From: Fistulifera solaris
Lineage: Eukaryota
Direction: 5' to 3'
NCBI GenBank assembly: GCA_030295235.1
Contig: AP026164.1
Coordinates: 1,302,001 to 1,366,000, forward strand
Length of the DNA stretch: 64,000 bases
Shown: positions 50,007 through 61,779 of the stretch, piece by piece
How the letters are laid out: each line of letters starts with the position of its first letter
Position numbering within the stretch: the first letter of the stretch is position 1
Program-made: the position numbers and the translations under genes
Notes under the pieces: model-generated
The model's input: the letters and a program-made list of their open reading frames with translations, nothing else
Databases searched by the model: none
What the model was told of the DNA's origin: nothing

Positions 50007-50518
50007 GTAAACAAGAAGCACAAATAGTAATCACTACTGAGTACTTTAAACACCCATTTGTGACCAACTTTCGATACGATTTTGTAGCCAAGGACTGTCT
50101 CGTTGCCAGGTGAAAAAGTCCGATTTCAGCTCTAGCGATACGAAAGAAGTGGACTTTATTAAGATTTGAAGCATTCCTATTACAAACGCTTTATTTTCAG
50201 AAGTCTAATGACAAAAGTTTTTGTCAAGTATGTAAGCATAAGGAACGATGTAGTCCTTTGCCATAAAGTCGAAGTCAAGAAAAGTGCATGGACGACCTGA
50301 ATGATATCCGGGTGCCCGACTGTTGATAAATTTCCCCTCCGCGAGGGCTACGTGAAATCGACGTTGGCGACCCCCAAGCATTGCTGAGTTTCATCGTTTC
50401 TCCCTCCTTTTTGTCTGCCAAAAAGTTATTTTGCCGACGACATTGTTTGTGAATAGCATACAAGTACCACATATCTCTTTTTCAACTTTGATCTTCTTAC
50501 CTAAGAAGACGATAAGAA

Positions 50519-51380
50519 ATGTTGACAACAAATCTAATAGCGGCCGTGCTGATGGCACCCGTATTGGCATTCACGGGTGGTTTGTCATCCAGCCGACCAG
50601 CGACGTCTCTCTGCGAAACAAAGGTACGAACCATTCGTTGCATTTGCCGACTATATCGAAAAATCGTCTTTCTCAACAACATTTGACAAAGGGGGATTTG
50701 GAAGCGCTCGCGAAAAAATTAAATCCTTCTCTCGGTTTCTTTGATCCGTTGGGCTTGGTGAATGACACATTTCTGTTGCAAAGCAATGAAGCGACCATCG
50801 GATGGCTTCGTCATTCGGAAATCAAACACGGGCGCGTGGCCATGGCAGCTTTTGTTGGATACTGCGTACAAAGTGTCTATCATTTTCCCTGGGCGCTGAC
50901 ACTGGATCGACAGTCCTATCCTTCTGTCAACTTGAGTCCACCGGAACAGTGGGACGCGCTGCCGACCGCGGGCAAATTGCAAATTCTGATCTTTGTGGGA
51001 TTTTTGGAATTTTTCTCGGAAGCAGCTCAGCCTGTGCACTACACGAAAGGTGGAAAGCCGGGAGAATTTCCTCCTTTCCTGGAATCGAAACTTATTCCGC
51101 ATCCTGTGCCGCTGAATCTCTATGATCCCTTCGGTCAAGCAGCGTCCATGGATGACGAGAAGAAGGCAACTCGATTGCGAGCCGAAATCAACAATGGACG
51201 ATTAGGTAAGTTGGAAAGAGGATTCTGAAGACAAGTTATTGTCAAGGCGGTCTAATATTTTGATTTACAGCCATGATAGGGATCATGGGCTTTCTGACGG
51301 AACAGAAAATCCCAGGCTCTGTGCCTCTGCTCACGGGTATTGTCAAACCATACGCGGGAGAAGTCATGTCGCCATTCTGA
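50519..51380 (+). CDS. Fucoxanthin-chlorophyll a/c light-harvesting protein (Lhcq-like), copy 2
   Basis: MLTTNLIAAVLMAPVLAF.., IGWLRHSEIKHGRVAMAA, AEINNGRL|AMIG. Introns at the same positions as copy 1. Confidence 0.93.
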
Positions 51381-51511
51381 ATTTTACCAGTATCAGGCGT
51401 AGTATTCTAATGAATGAGAATCGGTAGCGAGCTATGATAAGTTTGTTGTAAAGAGTAAATTATCTGTTGAACCGGACCAAGACTCGTGCGAATTGCAACT
51501 CTTCCACAGCG

Positions 51512-52612
51512 TCACAACTCGGGACGAGCGTTTCTCTCTTTCAACCGATCATTGTGCGAAATGCGAGCACTTTCTATTATGATTGGTTGTCCTGTCTGTC
51601 GTAGTTGTTGCAGAATGTCGGTCCCACTTACAATTTTCCCCGGACAAGCGAAGCGTCCTCCATCTTCATAGCCCAGCATAGGAAACAGCAAAGTAGGTCC
51701 TCGTCCCACCAATCCAAAGGTGTTTTCTCGACATGGTGCTACGGGTGATAGCTCTTCGAACCAAAGTGGTTCACTTCCGTACCCCGTTGTGGCGTATTGT
51801 CGTTGCAAGGACGAGTGTATCTGTTTCGATGCACTGTGTGGCTCTCCGCCCGTCACAGCTGGACCTCGGTCCGTATTCCTGTATTGCAACGTCGTTCCAT
51901 CGTACAAGCCGTCGTCGACTAGTTGTAAAAGGTCCATATCATGTGCGGCATATCCGCAAAGTCGGTGAACTCAACACGCAAAGAAGAATGATCGTGCAGC
52001 GTGAGTTCCACCGCGTACGGCGGTACACCGAGCCATTGCACACATTGTGCAGCATTCCACCCTCGTGATTGCTGCTTGTAATCGAATTAAATCACTCATA
52101 TCATGCCCGTTTGTTGACGCGAGGGATCGCACTTCATCGATTTTCTGTTGAACCAAGGATCGCGACAAATCGAGCTGCTGTCGCAATGATTCCATTTCTT
52201 GTTGCGCTACACGTTGCACTTGTCGAACTTGTACCGTGGTAGAGCCTAATTCACGTTGCAATCGTTTCACTTGTTCGGTTAATTTCAGAATCGTTTCGTC
52301 GTAGGCGTCATTTTGTTGCGTTACTTTCGACAATTGTTCCCGAGAGACGTCCAGTTGTTGCTGCAATTCTGCATTTCGACTCGTTAACGCCGTCTGTATT
52401 TGTACAAATCGCACCACATCGTCCTGACACGCTTGTTCAATAGCTTCTGCGTGCGTTTCCTGCAGAGACCGAAGGGTTTGATTGTGTTGGAGTTCCTTGT
52501 CGATCAAGACAGTGGCGCATTGATTATGAAATAGTATGACAAAGATGGAGTAACCCGCGATTACCGATACTCCTGCTGTTAATATATGTGTTGCCGTTGT
52601 TTTTGACAGCAT
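51512..52612 (-). CDS. Membrane-anchored coiled-coil protein with a degenerate cyclophilin-like C-terminal domain
   Basis: N-terminal TM helix and Gln-rich coiled coil. After a frameshift: MPH..TFLQLVDDGLYDGT, FEELS, TFGLVGRGP, GKIVSG.DIL. Confidence 0.55.
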
Positions 52613-52916
52613 TTCCTTTATGATTGTAATGCAATGTGTAACTTTTAAGAGAAGGAATGAAACTTGCATAAGTTGTGATACTTGTACTTGTACAAGTGAT
52701 TTTTGCGCTGCTTTTCGTCAATACAATTACGGGAATGAAATCGAGTTGAGTCACAAGAAGACAACTCTAAATAATAATGAGTTGGAATTGGTGTACATTC
52801 CCTGTCACAGCGTCAAAGATAAGACCGGTCGGCGTCGCGAGACCGACGCACCGAAACTCGAAACAAAACATCTCTCCATAATATCCATCCATCGCATCCA
52901 TTCGTCGTCACATAAA

Positions 52917-55145
52917 ATGGCGCAAAACACGATGGAAAGCGATTCAGAACAAGAACGACGAAATAGAACGCAACTTTCCGCTCACCTTTTATCCAGTTTA
53001 CTGACGAATCACACTTTTGATGAGATTCCGCTTGTAGCATTTCAAAGCGAGGTGTGTAAGACTCTTTCTCAGATTGTCGTCGCGTGCACGACCACTCCCT
53101 CCCTAAATGGAGTGCAGAGCATTTCTTTTGCTCGTTTAGACGAATGTTTACAGCGAGTGGATTGGAAAACGATAATCGAACAGAGAGATGCCCGACTGAG
53201 ACCGCACAAACAATCCACCATGAACTTAACAACGCCGTGCGATGTTCTTTTATCGTCTTTGAAAGACACCACCGTTTGGCCTCCAGCGTGTAATGGATGT
53301 CTCGTCAAGGTCCTGTTGAATCATTTACTTTTCATCGATCCGGAAACTCTATAATTAAGCGCTCCACGCGTTGTGGTAGACTCGATTGGTCGCCATCTCA
53401 TTCAAATTTACTCGACTTTGTGATCGAAATGATGCAGGTGCAACCGTCTCTTGATGCGAATCAAGTTACCTCGTGGATTCGCTCCAACTTGAACGAATCC
53501 AACAAGACCGACACCGAAACTATTAACGTCGCAATCTCCATCGTCAAAGAACTTATTCGTAGTTTCCCATTCAAGGCCATCGTGTTCCTTCCCCTTTTCC
53601 TGGATATGTTATGTGTCACAGAAGCACTTCTGAACAAGCTTCGATCGGCTTTGCCGCGTGTATCAAATAGTGAAATAGGGAAACCGCAAGTCAAGCGATC
53701 GAGATTGGTACATGGAACCAATGTGGCTGTGTTGCACGGTGAAAGTTCCGATTGCGAGGAAGACGCTTATCACAATCGATTGTTTGTGCAGCACTCCAAC
53801 GCACATAAGAATTCCCAATCCTTAGGGGCTGATCGCAAAAGATATTGCAGGCAAATACGCAATCGTCAACACGAACGGTAACTTATGAACAGATTGCATT
53901 TTTGTCTGCCTTGAGAACAAAGTGCCTGAAAGCCTTCTTGGCGTCTTCCAATGATTGTGCATCTACATCGGGTGTCGGAGCTGTAAATCAGTCACTCTTT
54001 CGTATCATTTTTAATTTGTTGGAGAGTCAACCGGGTTCCGAAACAATTTTGGTGCGGTTTGCTGCTTTACTTTTGATCAACGCCAATCCACCGTTGGCTT
54101 ATCAAAAACTGCTGGATATGCTATGGTCACGTGTCGACGAAGCCAATGACCCTTGCGCGTGTTTGAGCTTTTACGTCGAGTTGCTCATTGAATCTTCCAT
54201 CTTCGACGATAGGACTGCACTAACCACCGCAATACAGCCACTGTTGGATCTTGTAAAGAGGAGGATCCTAAATCGAGAAGACCAAGCTTTATGGCCGAAT
54301 GCGCAGGTCGCTCTTCACTGCCTTGCATGCCTTCTCACCTATCGAGGTACCATGCTAATGCAATTACCCGAGTTTCTGTTTTTGCTTGCTCAACTCTCGA
54401 ATGAATATCCATCACCCAAACAATGGCTTTTGGTAAACACAGTTTCTGCTCCGGAAGAGCTGAAGCTGTTGACGTCCCTACGCGAGTCTGGAGTATTTGG
54501 AATTGAAAATGAACTAGAGGAAGACGGAATTCTTAAGGATTGCAGTGGGTCTTGGTTTTATGATCCTCATCGAAGTTCGACAATCCGTACTTGTAGTCTT
54601 TTCACCGGTTTAGCATCTTCTGGTCTTTCGTCGCCATGGAGTCCCACAAACTCGGATCCAAAGCTAAGTTGTGGTTCACAAGTGGATCAGCCACTACATC
54701 CTGACACGAAAGGAGGAATAGCGCTGCATGACTTAGGAGATGATGTACTGCGTGAAGTATTCTCTTTCTTGGTTTCAAACGGATTGTTTTCAATAGGCAA
54801 GTCTGCAAACGATGGAAGTGCATCGGGGACGACGAGTTTAATACGTGGAAGCCATTGTACGTTGGACGATTCGGTGTGGACTTAGAAGATCCTTTATTAT
54901 CAAGTGCGGCTTGCACATTGTCATGGAAGCAACTTTTCATGGAGCGATGGATGGCAGAAAAAGAAATAAGATACAAGCGAGATAAGAACGGCTGGAGATG
55001 GCGACTCTGCACACGGATTGGTTGCCTGACAGTGCATTCTTCACCATCGCGACTTTTGAAACATCAGTCCACTCATAAAATCACTTCGAAAGAGCGAAAG
55101 AGGGCAAGACGCCTTGACGCGACACCTACGAAGTCGGTTGCTTAA
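52917..55145 (+). CDS. Uncharacterised protein with a C-terminal F-box-like motif
   Basis: Four overlapping plus-strand ORFs joined by frameshifts. LHDLGDDVLREVFSFL followed in the shifted frame by QVCKRW..IGDD..WKPLY is F-box-like. Confidence 0.6.
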
Positions 55146-55323
55146 GTTGGAGAAGTTGACGTGAAAGTTGTGCAGTGCAAGCTCTCCCAATCGTCTTCCA
55201 ACGCATTAGTGGGCGGTTTGTTGTCAGCTACGTTGCGCCAGCGTCTCTCACACCAAAACACGATTGTTCTCAAGACTTTCACATACAAACCCACTCTCTC
55301 ATTAAATATATACTTAAAATAAA

Positions 55324-57337
55324 TTAGAAGTTTGCAATTGCTGCGAGCAAATCCTTTGATTCCCGGAGATAATCGACAGGCCACATTCCCACTACACTTG
55401 TCTTCACTCTGTTTTCTTCGTTTACCAATTCATTCTTGACGCGGCAGCGAAACACCCAGTCTGAGAAAAGAGCAGGTGCATACAAACTGTCGTAGGCATT
55501 CTGATCGAACGAGCCTTCCGGATGGGAATGAAGGAACGCTTCGTCGGCAGTGACACCCAGCAAGGTTTCCGCCTGCTCGTTGAAAAACGATACCCAAGTA
55601 GAAGAGGTGCTATCTTCGACAACTCCAGAAAAAATCCAACGTCTCACGCAGTTACCGTACGTGTTGTGGCATTTGTCACATTGCCACTGTCCATCGGTCG
55701 TCGGAGTCACCTTGAATCGGTTCTTGCGGCTCTCCCGCGTTCGCACACGCGGGATACCAAGCACCGCCTTCGCGGTCTTTCTTAAAGAAAGTAATGGTGC
55801 CCTTGAAAGCAATATAGTCACCCTTATCAACGTTGATATGTCCTAGATTTTCTTCACGGATAGCCTCAATGTTCTTGCGCTCGACCAGGGAAGCGACTTG
55901 TCCTCCACCCCCGGAGCGTGCCGACAAAGACCGAGTCGCTGCCCCAGTAGAACCAACAGTCTGCCACCATCGCACGAGCTGCTGCGCTTCAGGGATCTGA
56001 GGGTTGATATCGGTGCTAGCACCGGCGGAGAGGGAGCGTCCTCCATACTCTGAAAGGCGCGCACGGCGGAAAGCAACCACGGGATGGTTCGCAAAGTCAC
56101 GGGGAGCTGTTTCGGCCTTTTCTCGCCAAACGGTGAGAGTAATCTCCGTACCAGAATCATCCACAAGAATCAAATCGCATTTTCCCATTTCTTGACCAGT
56201 TTTTTTCGAAACAATGTGGCTGACATCGCCCACCGATTTGACAATCGCGAGCACATCGACGGATTTATTCGGTTCAACATGTTCCAGATCCCCAATCTTC
56301 ACGAAATCGTAGTGCGCCGCTGCAATGGCGCCATCGTCATCGTCCAAGTGGATTTCGGTGTTTTGATCGAAAGTGATCTCGAAGGACGATTTGCAAGTGT
56401 TGTATTGCATGTTGGCTACCTTGAGGCGACCGCCTGAGATGCGGTAGACTTTACCGGGTATCAGCATGTTGTAAAACTTGTCAACTCCTTCTTTGAAGAA
56501 AGTGCCGCGAATATCTACTCCAGAGTTGTCGAGCAACTCGATAGAGAAGAGGATCCCTCGCCCTTGGCGTTGGACCAAGTTCGGACATCCGATTTCGTAG
56601 TGAGACGGGCCTTGATCGTCCAACGACTGTTGTAGATGTTAAGACCGGCAATGGGAGTGATCGTCGTTCCATCGACGTTCATCGATCGCTCGATGGGCGG
56701 CTGGTATCTCTGACTCGTCGAAGATCCGTAGGGATTGTCTCCGCGTGGCGATGTGGCAGCTCCGTACGGATTTCCTCGATTTGGTGATCCGATCGCTGGC
56801 TTGTTCTCTCGTTTCACATAGTTGTTGGCCATGGGAGCGCTGTTGGTGCTATTGTATAGGGGCTGAGCCAGTGGCTGGGCGTGCATAGGCTGAGCGCTCG
56901 GAAGCTGACCTGACTTCAATGACGGCTCAATATCGATTGGGGCACCGATGCGCTGACCGGGATTATCTAGTACGCGAAGATTCAGAAGAATGATAACCAA
57001 ACGACCAGAGACCTCATTCTTGAGGCATTCTTGCAGCTGAACGATAGAATTGTCTCTAAGCTCTCCGGCATGGACCATGCTAGTCAATTGCTTAGAAAGC
57101 ATTCCTTGCACGAAATGTATACCATCGGAAAGAACAGCCTGCAAAGAAAGGATGAGAGGGCTAATTCGAAGGAAAGGTTCTTTTGTAGAAAAGAGTCTGT
57201 TGATGACTTACGCGATAACGATCGTTACTATTTCCAACTTGTTTGAGGCTGACAACCTGAACGATAGGCGAAAAACTACTATCAACTCCCGCTACTTGCA
57301 CGAGCTTGCTAATGGCATTGCTGGTAATCATCTCCAT
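55324..57337 (-). CDS. RPA1: Replication protein A 70-kDa subunit
   Basis: RYR|AVLSDG, PIAGLNIYNSRWTIKARLTTKSDVRTWSNAKG, YPAC..CDKC zinc ribbon, WVSFFNEQAETLLG. Intron ~57140-57211. Confidence 0.95.
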
Positions 57338-57710
57338 TTTCTAAAGAGAAAGAAGCAAGGGTGAGTCAAATCCTGTCGTGCGGAGGAGTGCTCGTTGTCA
57401 AATGATCATTGCCCGCGATATACGCAATTACCGATCGCTTCGTCGCAAGTCGTTCTGTTCTTCCCCCACATGTTCACTCACCTCAGTGTTATTCAAATCA
57501 CTTTTATTATGGAAGAAACAAAAGCTTTCGTTATTGTATGAGTTGATAACAACACAACGCAATCGAATGATTGCAAAATGAATGCAGATGATCTGCAGCC
57601 AAAAGTTCGAACGGAAACTGAACAGGCGCGAGACAGTTCTCATTACACTATAGTCTATCCCGGAGGGAAGTTTTGACAAAGCGCGCGCACTGCACCTATA
57701 CTACAAAGTA

Positions 57711-57932
57711 GGTACCGGTACCGGTACCGGTACCGGTACCGGTACTCTTGTATGCTCCGCCCAGCCGCCCAGCGGTAGCGGTGCCGGCGTGTTTTTCAAA
57801 GGGTGGAAAATGGGCGCGCAGCACCACTGTACAAAGTAAAAGCTACTGGTACCGGTACCGTACCGGCACAAGTACTCTAGAGTAGCAATTAGGAAAGGGT
57901 ACGGTACCGTACCTGGTAACGGTACCGTACCG
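57711..57932. repeat. (GGTACC)5 array plus degenerate GTACC cluster in a divergent intergenic region
   Basis: GGTACC x5 at 57711-57740, with further GGTACC/CGTACC units at 57847-57932. Confidence 0.9.
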
Positions 57933-58091
57933 GCACGATATGTCGTGGTCGATGGAGTTTGGAGCGAAGCGCATAACGAGATTTCCTGTTCTGTGTTCAC
58001 TTTTCAAGCTTGAAAAACACCCATTGACTTGCTGGTAAGAGGAGTGAATGGCAATGATCTTAGATAAGATACTGTATACAACAAGAAGAGA

Positions 58092-59963
58092 ATGTCGAGC
58101 AATTTCTGCTTGAAGAGAGGCGCTCCATCCAGCTCAACGAAGAAAGTTATCATCGATTCTTCTACGTCTGAAGATGAGAGTTTGATTTCGAGGTCGAGCA
58201 GCATCCCACGATCGCGGATACGGAAGTCTCCCAATGATTCTACGGCTTTACGAGCAGCTCGTACGCAACCTTCTTGTATCGCAACGAAAACAACAACTAA
58301 GGAAGTTTACGCGATCGACTCGCAGTCAAGTAGCGATGACGACGATGATGATTCATTGTTGAAACCAATGATTGCGACAAAGCGAAGAAGAATTACTGAC
58401 AGTCCCAATTTGCTGTCACAGAAAACTAGAAACCCACCGCTAAAGAATTCTTGTGCAGATGACTCCTCTGCTGATACGGAGGAACTTCGGTTGATTTTAC
58501 TGAAACCGACACCGAAAGCCGTCGGCCCACAATTCACACCAAAATCTACCGAATCTACGTCGCATGGGGAAGTGCTGCGAAACTCATACCGTTCAACCAA
58601 CAATCAAGCGAACGATGATTCTTCGGAGGACACAGTGGAACTAACGAAACTTTTACTGGGAAAACAATCAAATCGAGAGGAGCATTGTGATTGCCGATTG
58701 CCCACCGAAATCAACACGGCTCCACCTAGTGTAGATCATCAAGAAAGCGATAGTGATAAGTTCGAGTTACCCGATCCGGAGGAGTCTTCTGATTCTTCCG
58801 TGGCATCCACGGATACGCAAAATAGTGACCGTTGGGAAGATCGAAAGTTACCGGCTAGAGAGCATCCCCTACAGCCACGTAAACAACTGGTTCCGCGCAA
58901 CCCGTATGTTGGTGTTTTATCAAGAGGTACATTCATTGCTCCGACACAGCAACGAATTACTCCTATAAACCAGACTAAGACCTATGCGACTGGCTGCCAA
59001 AATGATTTCAGTGGAGTTGGCAATGAAATAGTAACTGACCTCCTTTTAAAGGAACCACCCTTAACTCAAACTCGACCACGTCCTCCAGATCCTTCTCAAC
59101 TTCGGTTATGTGATCTTCGTGAAGCTGCTCTTTTCGAATGCTCGGTTGTTGATTATGATTTGTTAGGGAATCTGAGTCCTTCACCGGACAGGACAAGGAA
59201 TTCGTCGAAGTGTGCACTTGAGAGCTCGCATCGACAATTCAATACTGAGCAAGTGGATGACCAATTGGAGAGAGCGGCTCTCTTCGGTGATTCACCATGT
59301 GTCAGACAGTCGGAAAATTCACAATCGCAAACGCAGGTGCGAATGGGACTTCACTCTCCAAGATCTACCCCGTTTTCCCAAGCACCACCAGCCCGACAGA
59401 CTGAACCGCTCAGAGACGATTATATTCAAGACTTTAGTGACGACGAAACCGCGGTGCAACGCATCGGAAGACTCGCCAGTCAGGCTTTGCGACAGAAGCG
59501 ACAAAGCCTGCTACAAACAGCTCAATCGCAGCCGTATCAAAACGAAGTAGGGCAAGTGAATCGCCATGGTCCTCCTCGCCGCTTTCGCGATGTATCGATT
59601 TGCGATACTACAATGTCTCGATCTGTAGTGCTACGGCAATCTGACAGAGATCCCTCCGGCCTGGCGCCACGAAACGAGTTGACTGGCGGATCGGGTACTG
59701 GTGTAACAAGCTTCGTTTCTGCACCTAGGAATAGAGGCAAAGGTTCGGAAACTAACAAGAAGCGATCGGGTGGTTGGAAAGGACGAAACAGATGGGGTAA
59801 AGCTAAGGGGAAGAACAAAAAAGGCACTCGAGGCCGAGGGAAAGCAAGTAGTGGAGAAGGCAATGGCTTTTTGAACAGACGGCCACCCAGCGCGGGAGGA
59901 GGATTCAGTCGGGGAGATGATGCTAACTTGGGACACGTTGGTGGTGCTGAATTTTCATTTTGA
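58092..59963 (+). CDS. Uncharacterised disordered Ser/Asp-rich protein with a Gly/Arg/Lys-rich tail
   Basis: Uninterrupted 623-aa ORF. No family recognised. Confidence 0.7.
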   Translation: MSSNFCLKRGAPSSSTKKVIIDSSTSEDESLISRSSSIPRSRIRKSPNDSTALRAARTQPSCIATKTTTKEVYAIDSQSSSDDDDDDSLLKPMIATKRRRITDSPNLLSQKTRNPPLKNSCADDSSADTEELRLILLKPTPKAVGPQFTPKSTESTSHGEVLRNSYRSTNNQANDDSSEDTVELTKLLLGKQSNREEHCDCRLPTEINTAPPSVDHQESDSDKFELPDPEESSDSSVASTDTQNSDRWEDRKLPAREHPLQPRKQLVPRNPYVGVLSRGTFIAPTQQRITPINQTKTYATGCQNDFSGVGNEIVTDLLLKEPPLTQTRPRPPDPSQLRLCDLREAALFECSVVDYDLLGNLSPSPDRTRNSSKCALESSHRQFNTEQVDDQLERAALFGDSPCVRQSENSQSQTQVRMGLHSPRSTPFSQAPPARQTEPLRDDYIQDFSDDETAVQRIGRLASQALRQKRQSLLQTAQSQPYQNEVGQVNRHGPPRRFRDVSICDTTMSRSVVLRQSDRDPSGLAPRNELTGGSGTGVTSFVSAPRNRGKGSETNKKRSGGWKGRNRWGKAKGKNKKGTRGRGKASSGEGNGFLNRRPPSAGGGFSRGDDANLGHVGGAEFSF

Positions 59964-60143
59964 GAGTACGGTGTATCGATCACATGAATTATAAAAGTGA
60001 ATTTAAATAGCATAAGCGTTTCTTTACGACTTTAAGCTAAATGGTCAGTTCCCAAAAATATCCAGCACTTGGAATAGCTTCTGGTTTCGTAGTTGCAAAG
60101 ATTTATAGCGGCAGAATCAACATGGTCGCCTGGCAAGAAGAAC

Positions 60144-60998
60144 TTAGAAGTGCATAGGTACTGTGGACTGTGACTGCTGCCAAAACATTTCAGCTATGGT
60201 ATTCGGATGTACCTGATGATTGTATTGTGCGGCTGGGGGATCTATCTGCAAAGATATTGGTGCGCCAAGAGTTTGTTGAAGTCGTTTGCTTGGTTGCCCG
60301 TTGTAGGTCGATTGACGAATCCATACTTGTGAAACAAATTTCGTGTCAATGGCAGGCAACGCTGCATGCAAAGCCATCTTATCCAGCATACCGTCAACAG
60401 TAGCAGGAAAGAATACCAGCGCCATGCCTCGTCGCGGCTGAATATCTAGATTAAGAGCCGGAAAACGTGTCGCGCCACCTCGCATAACATCGTTCAAATA
60501 AATCAACACTGTGACTGTCCGCTGTCCTCCGTTCGCCGCGAAACGACGACCATCTTCCGTGCTCAAATCAAAAGCTATGATCGATAGCATGGATGTGAGT
60601 ATCAAAAAATCACTGTAAAAGGAAGAAATTGACAGTAGGAAAAGAACAAACGTACCATCAAAATGCTGAAGATACTTTTCTTGATAGAAGTAACGTCCAA
60701 CTTGCGGAAGCTCACAGTGTTCTGGGGGTTTGCCCGTCAACAAGGTCACTTTGCGCATCAAATCACCAAGATCTTCTCTGGCCAAGTAGCAAGTCGAGCT
60801 GGTGCGACTCGGTGATATCTCCCCCGCCCCTTTTCCTACAACTGGTGCTGGTCCGAGTCCGTCCACCGCTGCATGGATGAGGAAATCGCATTCATACGGC
60901 GTGAGAAAATTTTCGACGGCAAAAATTGGAGGTGAATTGTTTAGAACACGCAGGCCTGGGTAGCTCGGATTAACGCCGTTGTAAATTGGAGGCGTCAT
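60144..60998 (-). CDS. Prolyl 4-hydroxylase-like 2OG-Fe(II) dioxygenase
   Basis: NFLTPYECDFLI, RTSSTC, QVGRY..YLQHFD|AFD, RTVTVLIYLNDV..GGATRFP, LHAALP. Intron ~60577-60655. Confidence 0.9.
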   Translation of the reverse strand: MTPPIYNGVNPSYPGLRVLNNSPPIFAVENFLTPYECDFLIHAAVDGLGPAPVVGKGAGEISPSRTSSTCYLAREDLGDLMRKVTLLTGKPPEHCELPQVGRYFYQEKYLQHFDGTFVLFLLSISSFYSDFLILTSMLSIIAFDLSTEDGRRFAANGGQRTVTVLIYLNDVMRGGATRFPALNLDIQPRRGMALVFFPATVDGMLDKMALHAALPAIDTKFVSQVWIRQSTYNGQPSKRLQQTLGAPISLQIDPPAAQYNHQVHPNTIAEMFWQQSQSTVPMHF

Positions 60999-61700
60999 TG
61001 ATGAATCTTGGAGCGAGAAAGTAGTTATGGTTGGTACAAGAGAATCTGTTTGCGGTATCTCCTCTAACAAAAGAGCTCGTCAAGGAGGTGCGCGTTTTCG
61101 GGTTGAGCGATCGCAAGCGACTAAAGCTGTAGTCAACAAAGAAATAAACTACGGAGTATGCCACAAGTTCCCTCGAAATAACGCTTATGATTTCTTGCTG
61201 CTTGAATGGGTATAAAAATGGAGCATAAACAAAGATGTGATCGGGGGTATAAATAGTTCGTCGTGTCGAAGCACTTCGGAAATTGACGGTGAACTTTGCT
61301 TGAACTCTAAAACGGCTGTGACGTCTGTGAGGGCGCAATGGCGCTGGCAATTTCTACGGTGGATACGGGAATGAAACACGAATGAATCATCTAATCTGCG
61401 CGAATGAAGATCATTCTCACAAAGATCAGGTCCGCCTCTTGTGATTGCTTGATGACGAAATCTACGATTCATTTTGTTTATAATGAAATAAAATGAGAAG
61501 AATGACGAAAGAGTTCGAGTGCGGACGAGTCAAAGAGGAAAGGCTGCATTTTTATTAGCAATCAGCATGCAGCATGAATGCATGCCGCAAAAAACTACTC
61601 CGTATATACAAGTACCGTACTTATATAGTACTTGTATTTGCAGGTTGCATGCCGCATTGGCATCGTCGTTCGAATGGACAAGGGACGAGGACCGTACCAT

Positions 61701-61779
61701 GGAAAGGCGTTAAAATTCTGCATCGTCGTAGACGCTACGTAGAATCTTGTACTGGGGAGCAGAATTTTAACGTCCTTCC
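61701..61779. repeat. ~80-bp palindromic element, copy C
   Basis: GGCGTTAAAATTCTGC..CTACGTAGAATCTTGTACTGGG..GCAGAATTTTAACGTCC, a near reverse complement of copy A. Confidence 0.85.

Noticed and set aside
1116..57337. Numerous frameshifts in PPDK, SPT6, SNARE, STRAP, ASCC2-like, RPA1 and others as programmed frameshifting or pseudogenes
   Set aside because: They affect many conserved housekeeping genes, mostly as single-base losses in homopolymers with otherwise intact motifs, which is typical of unpolished long-read consensus.
57711..57745. CRISPR-like array or cloning-linker (KpnI) artefact
   Set aside because: There are no spacers, the context is eukaryotic, and degenerate versions occur naturally in several intergenic regions.
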